Below are positions 62,090-64,000 of a stretch of 64,000 nt of DNA, in pieces; the first letter of the stretch is position 1; each line of letters begins with the position of its first letter. The notes below the pieces were generated by a model that saw nothing but the letters and a program-made list of their open reading frames with translations, was not told the DNA's origin and did not search any database. Source of the DNA: Escherichia phage HX01; sequence record NC_018855.1. The stretch is one strand, 5' to 3'. The position numbers were made by a program, and so were the translations under genes.

Positions 62090-62378
62090 AATTTATGGCA
62101 TCCCTGAAGAAGTAGGACGTTGTCCAGGATGTTATACTGTTACAAAACTTTTAAAGGAGCTCAATGCTCCTTATACATTTTATAAAGTCCTCACTAATAA
62201 TGGTAAGATTGAATATGACCGTCCTTTAATCGTATCTCTTGCTAAACGTGCAGGATTCACTTCACTTAATATTCGTTATCCTGTCATATTTTTAAATGAT
62301 AAGAAACAAAAGAATATTGCAGAGTTTAAAAAGTCCTTGATTTCATTAGGATATGACTCTGATATCATAGAAGATTGA
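62085..62378 (+). CDS. nrdH: Thioredoxin-fold protein (NrdH/glutaredoxin-like), start codon uncertain
   Basis: ...KIEIYGIPEEVGRCPGCYTV... CPGC redox motif; no in-frame ATG/GTG/TTG after upstream stop; candidate ATT at 62085. Confidence 0.55.
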   Translation: MEIYGIPEEVGRCPGCYTVTKLLKELNAPYTFYKVLTNNGKIEYDRPLIVSLAKRAGFTSLNIRYPVIFLNDKKQKNIAEFKKSLISLGYDSDIIED

Positions 62379-62404
62379 CCAGGTGCCGCCTGGTCTTCTT
62401 TATC
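62377..62404 (+). terminator. Rho-independent terminator after nrdH
   Basis: GACCAGG-TGCCG-CCTGGTC hairpin followed by TTCTTTATCT. Confidence 0.6.
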
Positions 62405-62486
62405 TCATTTCTAATATAATCCATTGGAATCTTCACTTCACTATCTCCTTGTGCCCCTCTCAAATCGAAAATATTTTCATAAAACA

Positions 62487-62515
62487 GTTTACATCCTCAA
62501 TAGATGTGTTAAGAT
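62487..62515 (+). promoter_or_regulatory. T4-type early promoter
   Basis: GTTTAC and TAAGAT-like -10, partial inverted repeat. Confidence 0.45.
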
Positions 62516-62543
62516 TAAACCATCTACTATAGAGGAAAATAAA

Positions 62544-62726
62544 ATGACAATTGAAGATAAAGAAATTAAGGTCGACCAGTACTATTCTGTCAATGGTAAT
62601 GCAGTACAGATAACCAGAGTTTCAAGCCTGGATGTTTGGTACCATTCAATCAAATATCCAGAAATTGGTGAAATGCTTTGTGACCGTGGTATCTTCTGTT
62701 CAATTGCGAAGGAAATTAAGCCATGA
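62544..62726 (+). CDS. Small hypothetical protein
   Basis: 60 aa from ATG 62544 (RBS AGAGGAAAA). Confidence 0.4.
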   Translation: MTIEDKEIKVDQYYSVNGNAVQITRVSSLDVWYHSIKYPEIGEMLCDRGIFCSIAKEIKP

Positions 62727-62971
62727 TTAGTTTAGATTCAAAGAAAGTTGTTCTAACTCTTAATGTAAACAACGAACGTCCGATATTCATTACCATTTCC
62801 GATTTGCATGTTGAAATTGCTAATGGCGTCCGTACTTATCAAACGTCTAAAACACAATGGGACTATATCCCAATGTTGACGCTTACTCAGCGTTTAGAAT
62901 CAATCGGTCTTAAAGACCTTTCAGTAAGTGAAGTGAATTTTATCAAACGCATTGTATCAATCAACCTCTGA
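62723..62971 (+). CDS. Hypothetical protein
   Basis: 82 aa, ATGA overlap. Confidence 0.45.
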   Translation: MISLDSKKVVLTLNVNNERPIFITISDLHVEIANGVRTYQTSKTQWDYIPMLTLTQRLESIGLKDLSVSEVNFIKRIVSINL

Positions 62972-62978
62972 GGTACTT

Positions 62979-63272
62979 ATGGGTAAAACATATCGTCGTA
63001 AAGATTTGAAAGTTCGCGATTACGACTATTTTGGTAAACGTAAAGCTCCTGACGGTGTTAGCCACAAAGACATGGTTGAAAACATTTTCCGCTCAGATAA
63101 ATGGAAACGTATGAAAGGCGTTGATTCTGAAGTCAAGAACGAAATGAATCGACAACTTCGCAAAGAAGTTCGTAAGTTGAAAAAAGATGTTTACAGTAAA
63201 GAAGAGTATGATTATAATACTTCTCATACTGAAGCCAAACGTAAAGCTAACGAATGTTATCGTTACAGTTGA
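62979..63272 (+). CDS. Small basic protein
   Basis: 97 aa Lys/Arg-rich from ATG 62979. Confidence 0.45.
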   Translation: MGKTYRRKDLKVRDYDYFGKRKAPDGVSHKDMVENIFRSDKWKRMKGVDSEVKNEMNRQLRKEVRKLKKDVYSKEEYDYNTSHTEAKRKANECYRYS

Positions 63273-63279
63273 GGAAATT

Positions 63280-63414
63280 ATGAATATCAAACGAATGCTT
63301 TTTAAGCAGGGATTATATACTTTAAATGTTAATCCAAAGGGTGATACAACTAAATGGTCTGTAAATGACTGGATTAAGTTCATCGATGAAAATGGGGCGT
63401 GGAACACAAAATGA
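63280..63414 (+). CDS. Small hypothetical protein
   Basis: 44 aa from ATG 63280 (RBS GAGGAAA). Confidence 0.3.
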   Translation: MNIKRMLFKQGLYTLNVNPKGDTTKWSVNDWIKFIDENGAWNTK

Positions 63415-63611
63415 ATCCTGAAAATATTGTGTCATGGCAACTTCGTGAAGAACGTGCCGAATTCTTTGCCAATATGAAACTCAACGGCGTTGAGGACGAA
63501 GACTTCTTACGCTGGTTCTGGATTTACAAATACAAAGAATGTCAACATGCTGTGCTATTGACTTGCGCAGCTATGTACGAAGGCTGGAAAGGCGCTAAAA
63601 AGTTCGGTTAA
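63411..63611 (+). CDS. Small hypothetical protein
   Basis: 66 aa from ATG 63411. Confidence 0.4.
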   Translation: MNPENIVSWQLREERAEFFANMKLNGVEDEDFLRWFWIYKYKECQHAVLLTCAAMYEGWKGAKKFG

Positions 63612-63613
63612 TA

Positions 63614-63658
63614 ATGTACAACGATAGGAAGACATGTTATTATCTTCCTATCGTCTTA
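63614..63658 (+). promoter_or_regulatory. T4-type early promoter embedded in stem-loop
   Basis: TGTACA, TATTAT; inverted repeat GATAGGAAGA...TCTTCCTATC. Confidence 0.55.
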
Positions 63659-63674
63659 AAATGAGGAAAATATC

Positions 63675-63914
63675 ATGGCCCAAGAATTAGATTTTATCAA
63701 ATTCAAAAAACACCTCGACGTTAAAATTGGGGATTCAATTGTTAGGATTGAGTATGACATTTTAACAGATGCTATTACTGTTAGTTGTGATGGAAATAGT
63801 TTCAGCTTCGATACAACAGAAAACAAATACCCAATATATAAAGGTATCTTTGATATGGGTGTCGATATCAGCCCACGCGATACAAATTACTTGCTTTTCA
63901 TGCTTAAAAAATAG
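63675..63914 (+). CDS. Hypothetical protein
   Basis: 79 aa, RBS GAGGAAAA. Confidence 0.45.
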   Translation: MAQELDFIKFKKHLDVKIGDSIVRIEYDILTDAITVSCDGNSFSFDTTENKYPIYKGIFDMGVDISPRDTNYLLFMLKK

Positions 63915-63949
63915 TGTACAGACTCTTGAGAGCAGAGTATAATGCTCTC
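63914..63949 (+). promoter_or_regulatory. T4-type early promoter in stem-loop; copy B of the repeated 45-bp module
   Basis: GTGTACA, 17-nt spacer, TATAAT in GAGAGCA/TGCTCTC stem; about 40 of 44 nt identical to 34444-34487. Confidence 0.6.
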
Positions 63950-63980
63950 ATTGGATAATAAAATAACCGAGGAAAATAAT

Positions 63981-64000
63981 ATGTCTACTAAAATCAAAAA
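63981..64000 (+). CDS. Start of an ORF truncated by window end
   Basis: ATG 63981 (MSTKIK...) after GAGGAAAATAAT. Confidence 0.3.

Overview
The window is a contiguous piece of a T4-like (T-even, Tevenvirinae) myovirus genome; protein identities are by my recall of T4 sequences, not database searches. Coordinates 1-25976 carry the late structural module on the minus strand in T4 order: gene 21 (partial), 68, 67, 20 portal, 19 tube, 18 sheath, 17/16 terminase, 15, 14, 13, wac, 12, 11, 10, 9, 8, 7, 6, 5.4, 5.1, 5 and 53, with TATAAATA late promoters upstream of genes 20, 19, 18, 9 and 53. From 26038 onward the plus strand carries genes 4, 2, 3, 1, 57A, 57B (Acb1-like), ipI, two tRNAs, nudE, e lysozyme, denV, an ipII-like gene, regB, tk, rI, nrdC, 49 (endo VII), nrdD, nrdG and a thioredoxin-like nrdH candidate. 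Between these lie hyperplastic blocks of small ORFs, most preceded by T4-type early promoters (GTTTAC at -35, TATAAT-like -10) embedded in inverted repeats. Points of interest are a macrodomain protein, a new capsid-targeted internal-protein-like gene, a nucleotidyltransferase plus AAA+ ATPase pair, several tandem paralogue families, a GIY-YIG homing endonuclease between genes 4 and 2, a host-like GrcA glycyl-radical module, and remnants of recombination (a denV ghost and a frameshifted internal-protein gene). No CRISPR array, integrase or rRNA was seen.
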